From Candidatus Aenigmatarchaeota archaeon (GTDB taxonomy: Archaea > Aenigmatarchaeota > Aenigmatarchaeia > CG10238-14 > SpSt-28), in NCBI GenBank assembly GCA_044343155.1, contig JAVZSS010000003.1, positions 1 to 35,297 of the forward strand: DNA of 35,297 nt, written 5' to 3'. The translations under genes were made by a program, and so were the position numbers. Below, piece by piece: positions 1-10,722 of the stretch (position 1 is the stretch's first letter; each line of letters begins with the position of its first letter). A model generated the notes under the pieces. It worked only from the letters and a program-made list of their open reading frames with translations, did not search any database and was not told the origin of the DNA.

Positions 1-53
1 ACCCTTTGGAGAAAATGAGCCAAAACTATTAGAAAAATTAGATTAATTTAAAT

Positions 54-374
54 TTAACCTATGAGCTTTATTTCAACATGAATATCTTGTGGTATACCAA
101 TTCTTAAAATTTGCTTTAAAGTTCTTTCATCAGCCTGTACATCAACTAATCTTTTATGTATTCTCATCTCAAATTTATCGTAAGTTGCATTTCCATGACC
201 AGTACCATCACCACAAGGTGTTTTTAGAGTAGTTATTCTTAGTTTTTTGGTTGGCAAGGGAATTGGTCCCCTATAGCTTACACCAAACCTTTTTGCCACT
301 TCAATAATTTCTCTAGCTATTTCATCTAACTTCTTTGGGTCCCTTCCAACTAGCTTTATTCTAGCAACCTGCAT
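54..374 (-). CDS. rpsJ: 30S ribosomal protein S10 (uS10)
   Basis: ARIKL..., GPIPLPTKKL and MRIHKRLVD motifs; 106 aa. Confidence 0.97.
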   Translation of the reverse strand: MQVARIKLVGRDPKKLDEIAREIIEVAKRFGVSYRGPIPLPTKKLRITTLKTPCGDGTGHGNATYDKFEMRIHKRLVDVQADERTLKQILRIGIPQDIHVEIKLIG

Positions 375-428
375 TCTCCTCTACCTATCAAATAATTCTA
401 TAATTGATTTTAAAAACTTAAAAATATT

Positions 429-1193
429 TTAAGAAAATTTTTCCTTTATATATTCAATATCTAATTTTTCAGAGAAAAACGCCCTTATAAATTCCTCACT
501 TGGTATAGAGTTATTTTTAATTATTAGAACTCTATCACAATACCAAATTTTTGGATTCCCTGAAAACCAAATATTATCATTATCGTTAGCTTCTTGAGTT
601 TCATTGAATATAACTTTTTTAATAATATTTATCTCACATATTCCATCAGATTGGATAAAGTATGAATATAAGTTTTGTAATATTGGCAAATCTCCAATTA
701 AGGTTAAATCATTATTAAAATATATTTGTGGTATTCCTGCAAACTTAAAATCTTTTCTTATATTGTTAATATACCAATCCATTGTTTTAGCTCCATCTTT
801 GCTTTTATAAACTTCATACTCTATTACTATTAACTCATTGTTAGGAATAAATCTATAGAAAAGATATGGATCTACCTTAGCACAGTGTGGACATCCTATT
901 CCAGTAAAGTATATTGCACAAGATTTTGGCTTTTTACAACTCGAATTTAATTCTATGTTAGTATCACAATATATTGGATTGTACAAAATTTTTCCATAAG
1001 TAGTATCTAAATAGTTCTTGAAACATATCTTTCCGTCATATTCACAAATTCCTAAATCTTTCCTACAAGAAAATTGAATATAGTTAGTAACAACATCCTT
1101 ATTTTCATTATATGGTAAAAATTCTATAACAAAAAACACCAACAAAAAAATTATAAAAACCAAAATTATGAATAAAAAATTTTTATTCTTCAT
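429..1193 (-). CDS. Membrane-anchored thioredoxin/glutaredoxin-fold protein
   Basis: N-terminal hydrophobic anchor, YFTGIGCPHC CxxC motif, GIP cis-Pro-like loop, extra Cys; adjacent to CcdA-like gene. Confidence 0.75.
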   Translation of the reverse strand: MKNKNFLFIILVFIIFLLVFFVIEFLPYNENKDVVTNYIQFSCRKDLGICEYDGKICFKNYLDTTYGKILYNPIYCDTNIELNSSCKKPKSCAIYFTGIGCPHCAKVDPYLFYRFIPNNELIVIEYEVYKSKDGAKTMDWYINNIRKDFKFAGIPQIYFNNDLTLIGDLPILQNLYSYFIQSDGICEINIIKKVIFNETQEANDNDNIWFSGNPKIWYCDRVLIIKNNSIPSEEFIRAFFSEKLDIEYIKEKFS

Positions 1194-1197
1194 CTAC

Positions 1198-2046
1198 TCA
1201 CCTCATGTATAACCAAATAAATAAAGCTAAAAATATCATTGCAATTCCACCTATAATTCTCATTTTATTTCTATGTTTTCTATAGATTTTTTCATAAATA
1301 TTTTTAGGTTCCGATCCTTTCATTAAAAGTAAAACTATTAAAATTTCTGGTAAAATAAAAATAGTGTTGTAATATCCTAGTATTAAAATTATTTCATACA
1401 ATTTAGCTTTCAAAGAATGTAAGAAACTTATAACTCCAACATAAAATAGACCTGTGCATGGAAATTCTACTAATGTTACAATAATTGCTAAAAATACTGT
1501 TGCTGTTACTGTTGTAAATCTTAACAATCTATCTATTGTTGGTTTAAACCTTTTTGGTATTGAAAAAATAGATTCCTTAGATAAAATTCCGTCTCTGATA
1601 TTTATTATCCCTGCTATAACTAATAATAAAACCAAGAAAATTTTGATAAAATTAAATAGATTGCTTGCAATTGCTGCTAAATAAATTAAAGATAGGCCAA
1701 AATACATAAGAAGACCTAAAATAAAATATGTAAAAAATATAGTAAGAGTAAAAATAATTGCTCTAATTATTATTTCTTTTCTCTCTATTTTCATAGATGC
1801 TAAAGTTGCTATCATTATCACTAATAAAGAAATTATACATGGGTTTATCGAATCGGCTAAAGAAAGGAATGTTAAAACAAATATGAATTTAAAAAATGAA
1901 AATTGAGTATCTATTTTCAACTCTTCTATTTTAACAATTTTAAGATTTGTTAAAAAAATGAATAGAAAAATTAACAAAATTATAAGTAAAATAAAAATGC
2001 TCTTTAGTTCTATTTTTATTTTGTTTTTTAATTTCAGCCCTATCAC
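1198..2046 (-). CDS. CcdA/DsbD-family transmembrane electron transporter
   Basis: Multi-TM protein with two Pro-Cys motifs, DSINPC and EFPCTG. Confidence 0.8.
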   Translation of the reverse strand: MIGLKLKNKIKIELKSIFILLIILLIFLFIFLTNLKIVKIEELKIDTQFSFFKFIFVLTFLSLADSINPCIISLLVIMIATLASMKIERKEIIIRAIIFTLTIFFTYFILGLLMYFGLSLIYLAAIASNLFNFIKIFLVLLLVIAGIINIRDGILSKESIFSIPKRFKPTIDRLLRFTTVTATVFLAIIVTLVEFPCTGLFYVGVISFLHSLKAKLYEIILILGYYNTIFILPEILIVLLLMKGSEPKNIYEKIYRKHRNKMRIIGGIAMIFLALFIWLYMR

Positions 2047-2765
2047 CTCAAATGCTTAATAATTAATTCAGATATATCTAAAACTTTTATTTTTTTAAAT
2101 TGTGAAAGAGTAGCTACACACATAGGACATGAACTAACCAAAATTTTTGCCTTAATATCCAATGCTTGCTTTATTCTATCTTTGGCTATTTCTTTTGAAA
2201 GCTGCGGATAATTAGCTCTTAAGCCTCCACCACCTCCACAACAAAGAGATCTATCTTTATTTTCTTCCATTTCGATAAGTTTGTAACCTAAATATTCAAT
2301 TAATTTTCTTGGCTCTTCATATATTCCTAAATACCTTCCCAAATAGCATGGATCATGATAAGTAACTATACCCCTACCATTTCTTCTTAAATTTAATCTT
2401 TTGCTTTCAACAGCATTCCAAATTGTTTGAACTAAATGCTCACACTCTATATTCCAATCTGCAAACAATTTAGGATACTCTCTTTTGAATACAAAACAAC
2501 AAGCTGGACAATTAAATAAGATTTTTCCAACATTGTATCTTTTCAAAATTTCATAATTTTTTCTGGCTAACACTTTGAATTGTTGAATATATCCAGCATT
2601 TTTTACAGGAGAACCGCAGCAAACTAATTCATCAATCTCTATAAATCTAATACCTATTTTTTTCATAATTTTCTCATAATTTTCTTTCAAATTATTATAA
2701 ACAAATTTAGTTAAACAGCCAGGATAATATAAAGTGTTTTTACCCAACAATTTTTCTAAAAACAT
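2043..2765 (-). CDS. CCG-domain Fe-S oxidoreductase (LutA/GlpC/HdrB-like)
   Basis: YYPGC, CCG, CPAC, YHDPCYLGR, CCGGGGG, SCPMC; start moved to ATG 2765 because GGTGA SD lies just upstream. Confidence 0.88.
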   Translation of the reverse strand: MFLEKLLGKNTLYYPGCLTKFVYNNLKENYEKIMKKIGIRFIEIDELVCCGSPVKNAGYIQQFKVLARKNYEILKRYNVGKILFNCPACCFVFKREYPKLFADWNIECEHLVQTIWNAVESKRLNLRRNGRGIVTYHDPCYLGRYLGIYEEPRKLIEYLGYKLIEMEENKDRSLCCGGGGGLRANYPQLSKEIAKDRIKQALDIKAKILVSSCPMCVATLSQFKKIKVLDISELIIKHLR

Positions 2766-2773
2766 ATAATCAC

Positions 2774-4048
2774 CTAGCAACAGTATAATTTTTCTGGTAA
2801 TATTTTTTTATCACCACTACTTCCAAAAGGATTTCCAAAAGCTTCTATATTTTCAATCATTTCCATGTTCGATTTTGTTTCAAGTCTATTTTTAACTGAA
2901 ATTTCTCTCAATCTTACTATTAAATTTGGTACATCTATTAAAAGAGGACATACATCTTTACAAGAAGAGCATGTTGTACAAAAATATAGGCCTGAATTAT
3001 AAGCTTGCCCTATTCCTTCTAAAACAAAAGTTTTACTTATTCCAATCCCACCAAAGTAATTTTTTCCATAATAATCAAAAATTTGTCTATAAACTGGGCA
3101 AGAATATAAACATGCCCCACAATTAATACAATACAATACTTCTTTTAAATCTGTTTTAGAAATCTTAAGCCTATTATTATCAACTAAAATTAAATAAACC
3201 TCTTTTGCACCATGCATTCCGTATACTAATTTTTTTTCTATATCTGCAGTTTTACTAGGAGATGAAATTACGTTTATATAAGAAACTGCAGATGTTCCAG
3301 TTCCGTATATTGCTAAAATTTTTGAAAAAAACATAGCTTCTTCTAGATTGTTTAATATTTTATCTACTGTAGAAACTATTACATGATATTTTGGAATTCT
3401 TGATAATAAAGAGATATTGCCCTCATTTTCAACTATTACTACACTACCGTCTGAAGTTATAAAATTAGCTCCAGTTAAACCATATTTAGAAGCTAATATT
3501 TTACTTCTTAGATATTTACTAACAAACTTAACTATATCTTCAGGTCTTTTTCTCAAATTTATTCCAAACTTTTTTCTTATAGCATTAACTATTTTATCTA
3601 TAGATAAATGCAAAGCTGGAGTTACAGGATGTGTAGCTTTTTCTCCACAAATTTGTAATACAAAATCTCCACAATCTGTTTCTATAATTTTATTTCTTTT
3701 TGAAAATGCTTCCTCAAATCCTATTTCCTTAATAACATTAGACTTACTTTTAACAATAACCTCTCCTTCTGGAATTATTTTCTTTAGAATTTTTATTGCG
3801 TCTTTTGAATTTTTAGCAAAAAACGTTTTTATTCCATTTTTTTCCAAATTTTCTAAGGTAATATCAACTAAATTATCCAAATTTTCAATACATTTTTCTT
3901 TTATTTTTCTAGCTCTCTCTTTTAGTTCTTTCAAATTTATATTTTTAAGAGCCTCACTTCTATTTAAATAATATCTTCTATAAGCAATTTTAAAAGCTTT
4001 TTTTGAATCAATAATTCTTTTTTCTTTAATTATTTTCTCAATTTCCAT
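2774..4048 (-). CDS. LUD-domain 4Fe-4S protein (LutB-like)
   Basis: KSKS, ETD, HPVTPALH, TGANF, ENEGN, SKTADIE motifs plus two CxxCxxCxxxCP ferredoxin motifs. Confidence 0.88.
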   Translation of the reverse strand: MEIEKIIKEKRIIDSKKAFKIAYRRYYLNRSEALKNINLKELKERARKIKEKCIENLDNLVDITLENLEKNGIKTFFAKNSKDAIKILKKIIPEGEVIVKSKSNVIKEIGFEEAFSKRNKIIETDCGDFVLQICGEKATHPVTPALHLSIDKIVNAIRKKFGINLRKRPEDIVKFVSKYLRSKILASKYGLTGANFITSDGSVVIVENEGNISLLSRIPKYHVIVSTVDKILNNLEEAMFFSKILAIYGTGTSAVSYINVISSPSKTADIEKKLVYGMHGAKEVYLILVDNNRLKISKTDLKEVLYCINCGACLYSCPVYRQIFDYYGKNYFGGIGISKTFVLEGIGQAYNSGLYFCTTCSSCKDVCPLLIDVPNLIVRLREISVKNRLETKSNMEMIENIEAFGNPFGSSGDKKILPEKLYCC

Positions 4049-4060
4049 AAAAGAAGTTGG

Positions 4061-4106
4061 TTGAAACCTTATTTAAACTTTGGTTACATTTTTTGAAACC
4101 TTATTT
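4061..4106. promoter_or_regulatory. Divergent promoter with putative operator
   Basis: TTGAAACCTTATTT at 4061-4074 and 4093-4106; GGTTACA-N5-TGAAACC at 4082-4100; minus-strand TTTAAATA starts 29 nt upstream of ATG 4048. Confidence 0.6.
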
Positions 4107-4125
4107 TTATAAAAAAAATTAATTT

Positions 4126-4578
4126 ATGGAAAGAAAAATAGTCGTAATATCTATAATAATAAGTCTTTTTGTATTTTCCGTATCTTTAGCTACATTATAT
4201 GCTCAAATAAGAATTATAGAAGCTAATGCTTATACTTGCCTATTTGCAGTTCCCGCATTAATTCCTTTATTTTCTTCTTTCGGTGTTTTAATAGGTTTAT
4301 TAGTTTATTACATATTAGCGCCAAAAATTGAAGGAATGGCAAAAAAGAAAATTTTTACAATTTTAGATCTTTTAGAACCAAAAGAAAGAGATGTTATAAA
4401 AATGATTATTGAAAATAATGGCGAAATTTCACAAGCGAAAATATCTTCTGTTCTAGGAAAGGTTGAAAGTCATAGAATTATTCAAAAATTAATTTTAAGG
4501 GGGGTTTTAGAAAAAAACAAAGAAGGAAAAACAAATAAAATCAAATTAAAAGAAAAATTTAAAGATATTATAAAATGA
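4126..4578 (+). CDS. Membrane-anchored winged-helix transcriptional regulator
   Basis: Two TM segments, then wHTH-like C-terminus (GEISQAKI...SHRIIQKL..RGVL...GKTNKIKL). Confidence 0.75.
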   Translation: MERKIVVISIIISLFVFSVSLATLYAQIRIIEANAYTCLFAVPALIPLFSSFGVLIGLLVYYILAPKIEGMAKKKIFTILDLLEPKERDVIKMIIENNGEISQAKISSVLGKVESHRIIQKLILRGVLEKNKEGKTNKIKLKEKFKDIIK

Positions 4579-4604
4579 AAAGAAAAGAAAAGTAGTTGAT
4601 ATTA

Positions 4605-5876
<1,272 letters not shown>

Positions 5877-5948
5877 CTTTCATCCCTCCTTCTTAAATTT
5901 TTGTTTTATTACTTAAATACTTAATATCATACTATAAATTTAAATTTT

Positions 5949-8900
5949 TTAAGCTGGTTCTGCTTCAGCTTTTGGAATATCTTCAGGTAAACCTTTCCTT
6001 TTTCTAATTGATTTAATTACTTGATCCCTTAGCTCATTTGGTAATTTTTCAAATACTATATCTATTAGGCTATAGAAACCTCTTCCGCTAGTTAAAGACT
6101 TTAATTTTGCGTCAAAACCGAAAAGCTCACTAACAGGTACCTTAGCTATTAATGCCATAGTGTCTCTTTCTTCATTCATTTCTAAAATATTTCCTCTTCT
6201 ATTTTCTATTTCTCTAGACACTATCCCCATATATTCGTTTGGTATATCAATTCTCAAAATTTGTTTTGGCTCTAACAAAGTTGCGTCTGAGAGCAACATA
6301 GCCTGCCTTATAGCATATCTGACTGCTGGCATTATCTGTCCTGGGCCTCTATGAACAGGATCTTCGTGTAGCTCAGCATCTACCAACTTAACTTTTAATT
6401 TAATACATGGCTCTCTAGCTAAAGGACCATCTTCCATAACCTCTTTAAATGCATCTTTAATCATTTCCATAACTTCTATCAAAAACTGAACTCCTTTGGT
6501 TAAATCTATGAAAACGTTTTTGTTATAGATTAGCTTAACATTATATGCGTCTTCGTGATTCATTCCAGCTTTTTCTAAAGCTTGGAATAGCTCGACGTTT
6601 TTCTTTTTAACTTCTATATTACTCGGTATAGTTCCTTCCCTCATTGCTTCATAAACACTATCTTCTAAAGGTTCAACAATAAAGTAAAGTTTATTGTGCT
6701 TATTTGGTGACTTTCCTTCAACCATAGGTGATGGTTTGAATATGGTTTCTCTATAAACTACTATTGGTGGTGACATTTCAACATCAATTCCCATATCTTT
6801 AAGCTTATGCTCAACTTTAATTTCTAAATGAAGTTCTCCCAAACCAGAAACTAAGTATTCTCCAGTTTCTTGATTGATTTTAACTAATAGTGTTGGATCT
6901 TCTTTTCCTATCTTTCTCAAAGCATCAACTAATTTTGGTAAATCCATCGGATTTTTTGGCTCTATTGCCTTTGTAACTACAGGATCAAACAAATGTTTAA
7001 TTTCGGCAAAAGGCTCTATAGGATATTCTGCATCACAAATTGTTTCTCCTGTAAATGCTTCTGGTATACCGACAATTGCAACAACATTACCTGCGGTTAC
7101 TTCCTCTACAGGAATTCTATTTATTCCTTTAAATATAGCTACTTGCTGGACTCTCTCCTTTCTTTTAGAATTAACAAGTAGAATTTCCTTACCTTTAAAT
7201 ATTTTTCCGGAAAATATTCTAGCTGTAGCTACAAAACCTACATGCTCATCTGGAATCATTTTAGTTACTATAGCAGCTAATTTACCATTAGAATCACAAG
7301 TCAGCATTTGTTTTCCAATCTCACTTTCTATATCTCCTCTCCAAATTTTTGGCACTCTGTATTTTTGGGCTTCTATTGGGGATGGTAAATGTCTTACAAT
7401 CATGTCCAAAACTACTCTATGCAAAGGTGCTTTTTTTGCTAATTCTTCTTCTCTACCTTCTAAAGTAAGTTGAATTACTTCTTTTAATGTAACACCACTT
7501 TTTTGTAAAAATGGTATCGATACTGCCCACCTTTTAAATGCACTTCCTATTGCAACACTACCATCTTTAACACTTACTAACCATTTATCCTTAAATTCTT
7601 CTGGGCAATGTTTCTGAATTAAAACATTAACTTCTTTAATAATTTTTTCAAATCTTTCCATCATTTGTTCTGGTGTTAATTTAAGCTCTTTAATCAATCT
7701 ATCGGTCTTATTAATAAAAAGAACAGGCTTAACATATTCTCTCAAAGCTTGTTTAAAAACTGTCTCTGTTTGTGGCATTATTCCTTCTACAGCATCAACC
7801 AAAACTATTGTTCCATCCGCCGCTCTCATTGCTTTAGTAACATCTCCACCAAAATCTACGTGTCCGGGGGTATCTAAAAGATTAATTAAATAATCTTTGC
7901 CTTCATATTCGTGAACCATGCTAACGTTTGCCCCATAAACTGTTAGTTGTCTTTTTCTTTCTTCAGGATCGAACCAAGTATACATAACTTTTCCTGCCAT
8001 TTCTTCTGCAAGCATTCCTGCCCCAGCCATTAAATTGTCAGTTAGAGTTGTATTATGAATAAAAATACCATTTGCAATAAAGTTATGAGTTTTTTCTACA
8101 GTAAAATCATAAACATATTCTTCATTCTTAACTTTTCTAATTTCTGAAATTTCTAAAGCAATTACAGGATTTTCTGAAATTTGAATAAAAGAATTTAAAT
8201 TAAAAATTTTACTAATACTTGCATTTTCATACAATTTTAACAAGCTTTTTTGTTTATATTCAACATCAAAGTTTATAAAATTCAAAAATTTTTCCAAATC
8301 TTTTCTTCCAGAAATACTTAGAGAATATTCTTTAAACACTTTTCCATTCAACCTAACATCTTTTTCTCTTATATAAGAAAGACAACCAAACCTTAATAAT
8401 AATAATTGAAGATTTCCTACTGCTTTTTCACTTGCAGATGAAATACTAACTTTTTGATGCACAAAACCATCTGTATCAAAATACCCTTTGATGAAATTCG
8501 AAACAAAACTCTTAGGTAAATTGAACAAAATCGTTGGAATTTTTAGATTTCTTGCTTTTGCCTTTAACGGATAATCGAATAATTTATTTAATAAAAACTT
8601 TAAAGTGAATCCACCATTTATATATACACGCGGACATTTATTTTTGTACTTTCTTAAAGAACATGTAATTCCTAACACTTTTTCAGAAATTTCTTTAACT
8701 CTATTAATTAAAAATTCGTTTTTGTTATCAAAAGTTAGATTAACACTTCCGTCTCCAAAAAGTAAACCCAACAAGTAAAAAAATTCTTTAAATTCACTTT
8801 CATTTTTCGGTAACTTAATTTTTTTTGAAGTCCTAGCTCCAAATCTCCTTAGGCCTTTCCTATAGGATAAATATGCTATGTTATTATAAACATCAGCAAG

Positions 8901-9614
8901 TTTTATTCCAAAAAGTTTAGCAATTTTTACTAAGTCTGCTAACCTATATCTATTTTTCCAAACACCATGGTAAAACGAAAGCATAGGAATTTTGGAATTT
9001 ATTTTCTCCCATACTTCTCTTCTACCATAATTAATTATTTTTTGATGTAAAGATTTTCCAAAATCTTCAAATAAATAAGCTAAAAAACTATAATCTTCTG
9101 ATAATCTTTCCAAGAATTTTTCTTTTATGGTATCTAAATCCATTGAGGAATTTGGTATGATTGCTGGAAGAACTAATTTATCACCAGTTCTCAAATTTCT
9201 TGCTTCAATCTCAACAATTTCACCATTTTTTAAAACAAGAAATTTATGTTCCGGGGTAACTTTAACTTTTCTACCATCTTTTACCTTTATTTCTAATAAG
9301 ATATCATCATTTTTTATTTTCCAAATGTGTGTTAATTTGCTTTTAGAAATAGAACCATTATTATAAGTTAAAGCATATAATTCATCTAAAATTTCATATA
9401 CTTCTTCGCTTTCTGTTTTTCTCACTAACTTACCAAAATTTTTTAACATATTGAATAAGTTTTCAGCAGTTACGGTTTCTTTTTCTAAAAATATTAAAGC
9501 ATCCCCACTAACACATTTTCCATGATGAACATGACTACTTGTAGCTACATTTCTAATTCTATTGGGATCTTTCATACATTCCATTACTCTATCAATCATC
9601 TTTTTTTCTGCCAT
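5949..9614 (-). CDS. fusA: Translation elongation factor EF-2, intein-containing (733 aa after splicing)
   Basis: DTPGHVDFGG, NKTD, GLGELHLE, HEDPVHRGPGQ diphthamide loop; 488-aa insertion in G1. Confidence 0.98.
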   Translation of the reverse strand: MAEKKMIDRVMECMKDPNRIRNVATSSHVHHGKCVSGDALIFLEKETVTAENLFNMLKNFGKLVRKTESEEVYEILDELYALTYNNGSISKSKLTHIWKIKNDDILLEIKVKDGRKVKVTPEHKFLVLKNGEIVEIEARNLRTGDKLVLPAIIPNSSMDLDTIKEKFLERLSEDYSFLAYLFEDFGKSLHQKIINYGRREVWEKINSKIPMLSFYHGVWKNRYRLADLVKIAKLFGIKLADVYNNIAYLSYRKGLRRFGARTSKKIKLPKNESEFKEFFYLLGLLFGDGSVNLTFDNKNEFLINRVKEISEKVLGITCSLRKYKNKCPRVYINGGFTLKFLLNKLFDYPLKAKARNLKIPTILFNLPKSFVSNFIKGYFDTDGFVHQKVSISSASEKAVGNLQLLLLRFGCLSYIREKDVRLNGKVFKEYSLSISGRKDLEKFLNFINFDVEYKQKSLLKLYENASISKIFNLNSFIQISENPVIALEISEIRKVKNEEYVYDFTVEKTHNFIANGIFIHNTTLTDNLMAGAGMLAEEMAGKVMYTWFDPEERKRQLTVYGANVSMVHEYEGKDYLINLLDTPGHVDFGGDVTKAMRAADGTIVLVDAVEGIMPQTETVFKQALREYVKPVLFINKTDRLIKELKLTPEQMMERFEKIIKEVNVLIQKHCPEEFKDKWLVSVKDGSVAIGSAFKRWAVSIPFLQKSGVTLKEVIQLTLEGREEELAKKAPLHRVVLDMIVRHLPSPIEAQKYRVPKIWRGDIESEIGKQMLTCDSNGKLAAIVTKMIPDEHVGFVATARIFSGKIFKGKEILLVNSKRKERVQQVAIFKGINRIPVEEVTAGNVVAIVGIPEAFTGETICDAEYPIEPFAEIKHLFDPVVTKAIEPKNPMDLPKLVDALRKIGKEDPTLLVKINQETGEYLVSGLGELHLEIKVEHKLKDMGIDVEMSPPIVVYRETIFKPSPMVEGKSPNKHNKLYFIVEPLEDSVYEAMREGTIPSNIEVKKKNVELFQALEKAGMNHEDAYNVKLIYNKNVFIDLTKGVQFLIEVMEMIKDAFKEVMEDGPLAREPCIKLKVKLVDAELHEDPVHRGPGQIMPAVRYAIRQAMLLSDATLLEPKQILRIDIPNEYMGIVSREIENRRGNILEMNEERDTMALIAKVPVSELFGFDAKLKSLTSGRGFYSLIDIVFEKLPNELRDQVIKSIRKRKGLPEDIPKAEAEPA
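8052..9515 (-). mobile_element. Intein with LAGLIDADG homing endonuclease in the EF-2 P-loop
   Basis: Starts CVSGD after HGK; block B VTPEHKF; LLGLLFGDG and FIKGYFDTDG; ends VYDFTVEKTHNFIANGIFIHN followed by Thr. Confidence 0.97.
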
Positions 9615-9691
9615 CTTTTCACCTAAAATTAATGGTATAGGTTAATTAATAATAAGAAATTTTTTATATTTAAAAAACACATATAACCTAC

Positions 9692-10294
9692 CTATCTAGC
9701 TCCTTCAGCTTCTTTTTCTATTCTTTCCTTTTCTCTTATGGCATCGCTTTTACTAGCATCGTTATTATAAGCAGCAATAATTTCATCAACTAAGGCATCA
9801 ACCATATTAGCTTTCTTACCAAATGCTTTCCTGTATGCAGCTTGAGCTATATGTCTTAAAGCTAAATCTACTCTTCTTTGTGGTGAAGTTATAACAGCTT
9901 TTCTAACTATTATTCCACCAACTTGATAAGCTGCTATTTCTTCTCTTAGGGCAGCATTTTCTAAAGCCCTAACAAAAACTTCAAGTGGATTTTTTCCTGT
10001 AATTTCATGAATTTTATCAAAAGCCTTTTCCACAATTTTATAAGTAGTTTGCCATCTGCCAACAACTCTTCCTGAAGTTAGAACATGTTTTTTTGATTTG
10101 TGACCTGGGACCATTAAATGAGTAATTAATCTTTCCACAATATTCATTTTTGACTTATGGAATTGGTATTTTGCATATCTCCCGCAAGATTTTGGAATTA
10201 TCTTTGGTGTTAAATTAATATATCTTTCTAAACCCGGATCTTCAACTTTAACATTATAATCCCATTTTCCAAATAATTTAATATTCTCTTCCAT
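9692..10294 (-). CDS. rpsG: 30S ribosomal protein S7 (uS7)
   Basis: KLFGKW, IVERL, NPLEVFVRALENA, SPQRRVDLAL; str-cluster position. Confidence 0.97.
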   Translation of the reverse strand: MEENIKLFGKWDYNVKVEDPGLERYINLTPKIIPKSCGRYAKYQFHKSKMNIVERLITHLMVPGHKSKKHVLTSGRVVGRWQTTYKIVEKAFDKIHEITGKNPLEVFVRALENAALREEIAAYQVGGIIVRKAVITSPQRRVDLALRHIAQAAYRKAFGKKANMVDALVDEIIAAYNNDASKSDAIREKERIEKEAEGAR

Positions 10295-10299
10295 AAAAT

Positions 10300-10722
10300 C
10301 TACCTAGCTGGCTTCTGTTTTTTACCTTTTAATATTTCACTAAGAGCAACTCCATTAACTGCTATTACTTTATACTTTATACCTACCATGCTTCCTTTAG
10401 ACCCTCCTTGGCCACCACCAACTTTAGCTATTATAACTTCATCATGCTCATTAATTTTATCAATAGCCCCAACACCAGGAACATGTGCAGTGACTTGTAA
10501 ATTGTTTTTAATAAGTTGAACCCTAACACATTTTGTTAGTCCAGAAGCTGGCTTTCTTTGCTCAACTGCTCTTTTTTCAATAACAATTCCCCTAGCCATT
10601 GGTGCCCCTTCTAATGGATCTTTTTTCCAAAGCTCCAAAGCTCTATACCTATAGCTAGAGCTGGACCATCTAAATTTTTTTCTATTTTGTCTCAACTTTC
10701 TACCAGCAAATTCTCCTGGCAT
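10300..10722 (-). CDS. rpsL: 30S ribosomal protein S12 (uS12), divergent
   Basis: [28 protein letters not shown]; str-cluster position. Confidence 0.96.
   Translation of the reverse strand: MPGEFAGRKLRQNRKKFRWSSSSYRYRALELWKKDPLEGAPMARGIVIEKRAVEQRKPASGLTKCVRVQLIKNNLQVTAHVPGVGAIDKINEHDEVIIAKVGGGQGGSKGSMVGIKYKVIAVNGVALSEILKGKKQKPAR

Noticed and set aside
1-53. Possible tRNA or gene start downstream of rpsJ
   Set aside because: Too little sequence and no tRNA consensus visible
6340-6372. Possible loss of the EF-2 diphthamide site
   Set aside because: HEDPVHRGPGQ is canonical
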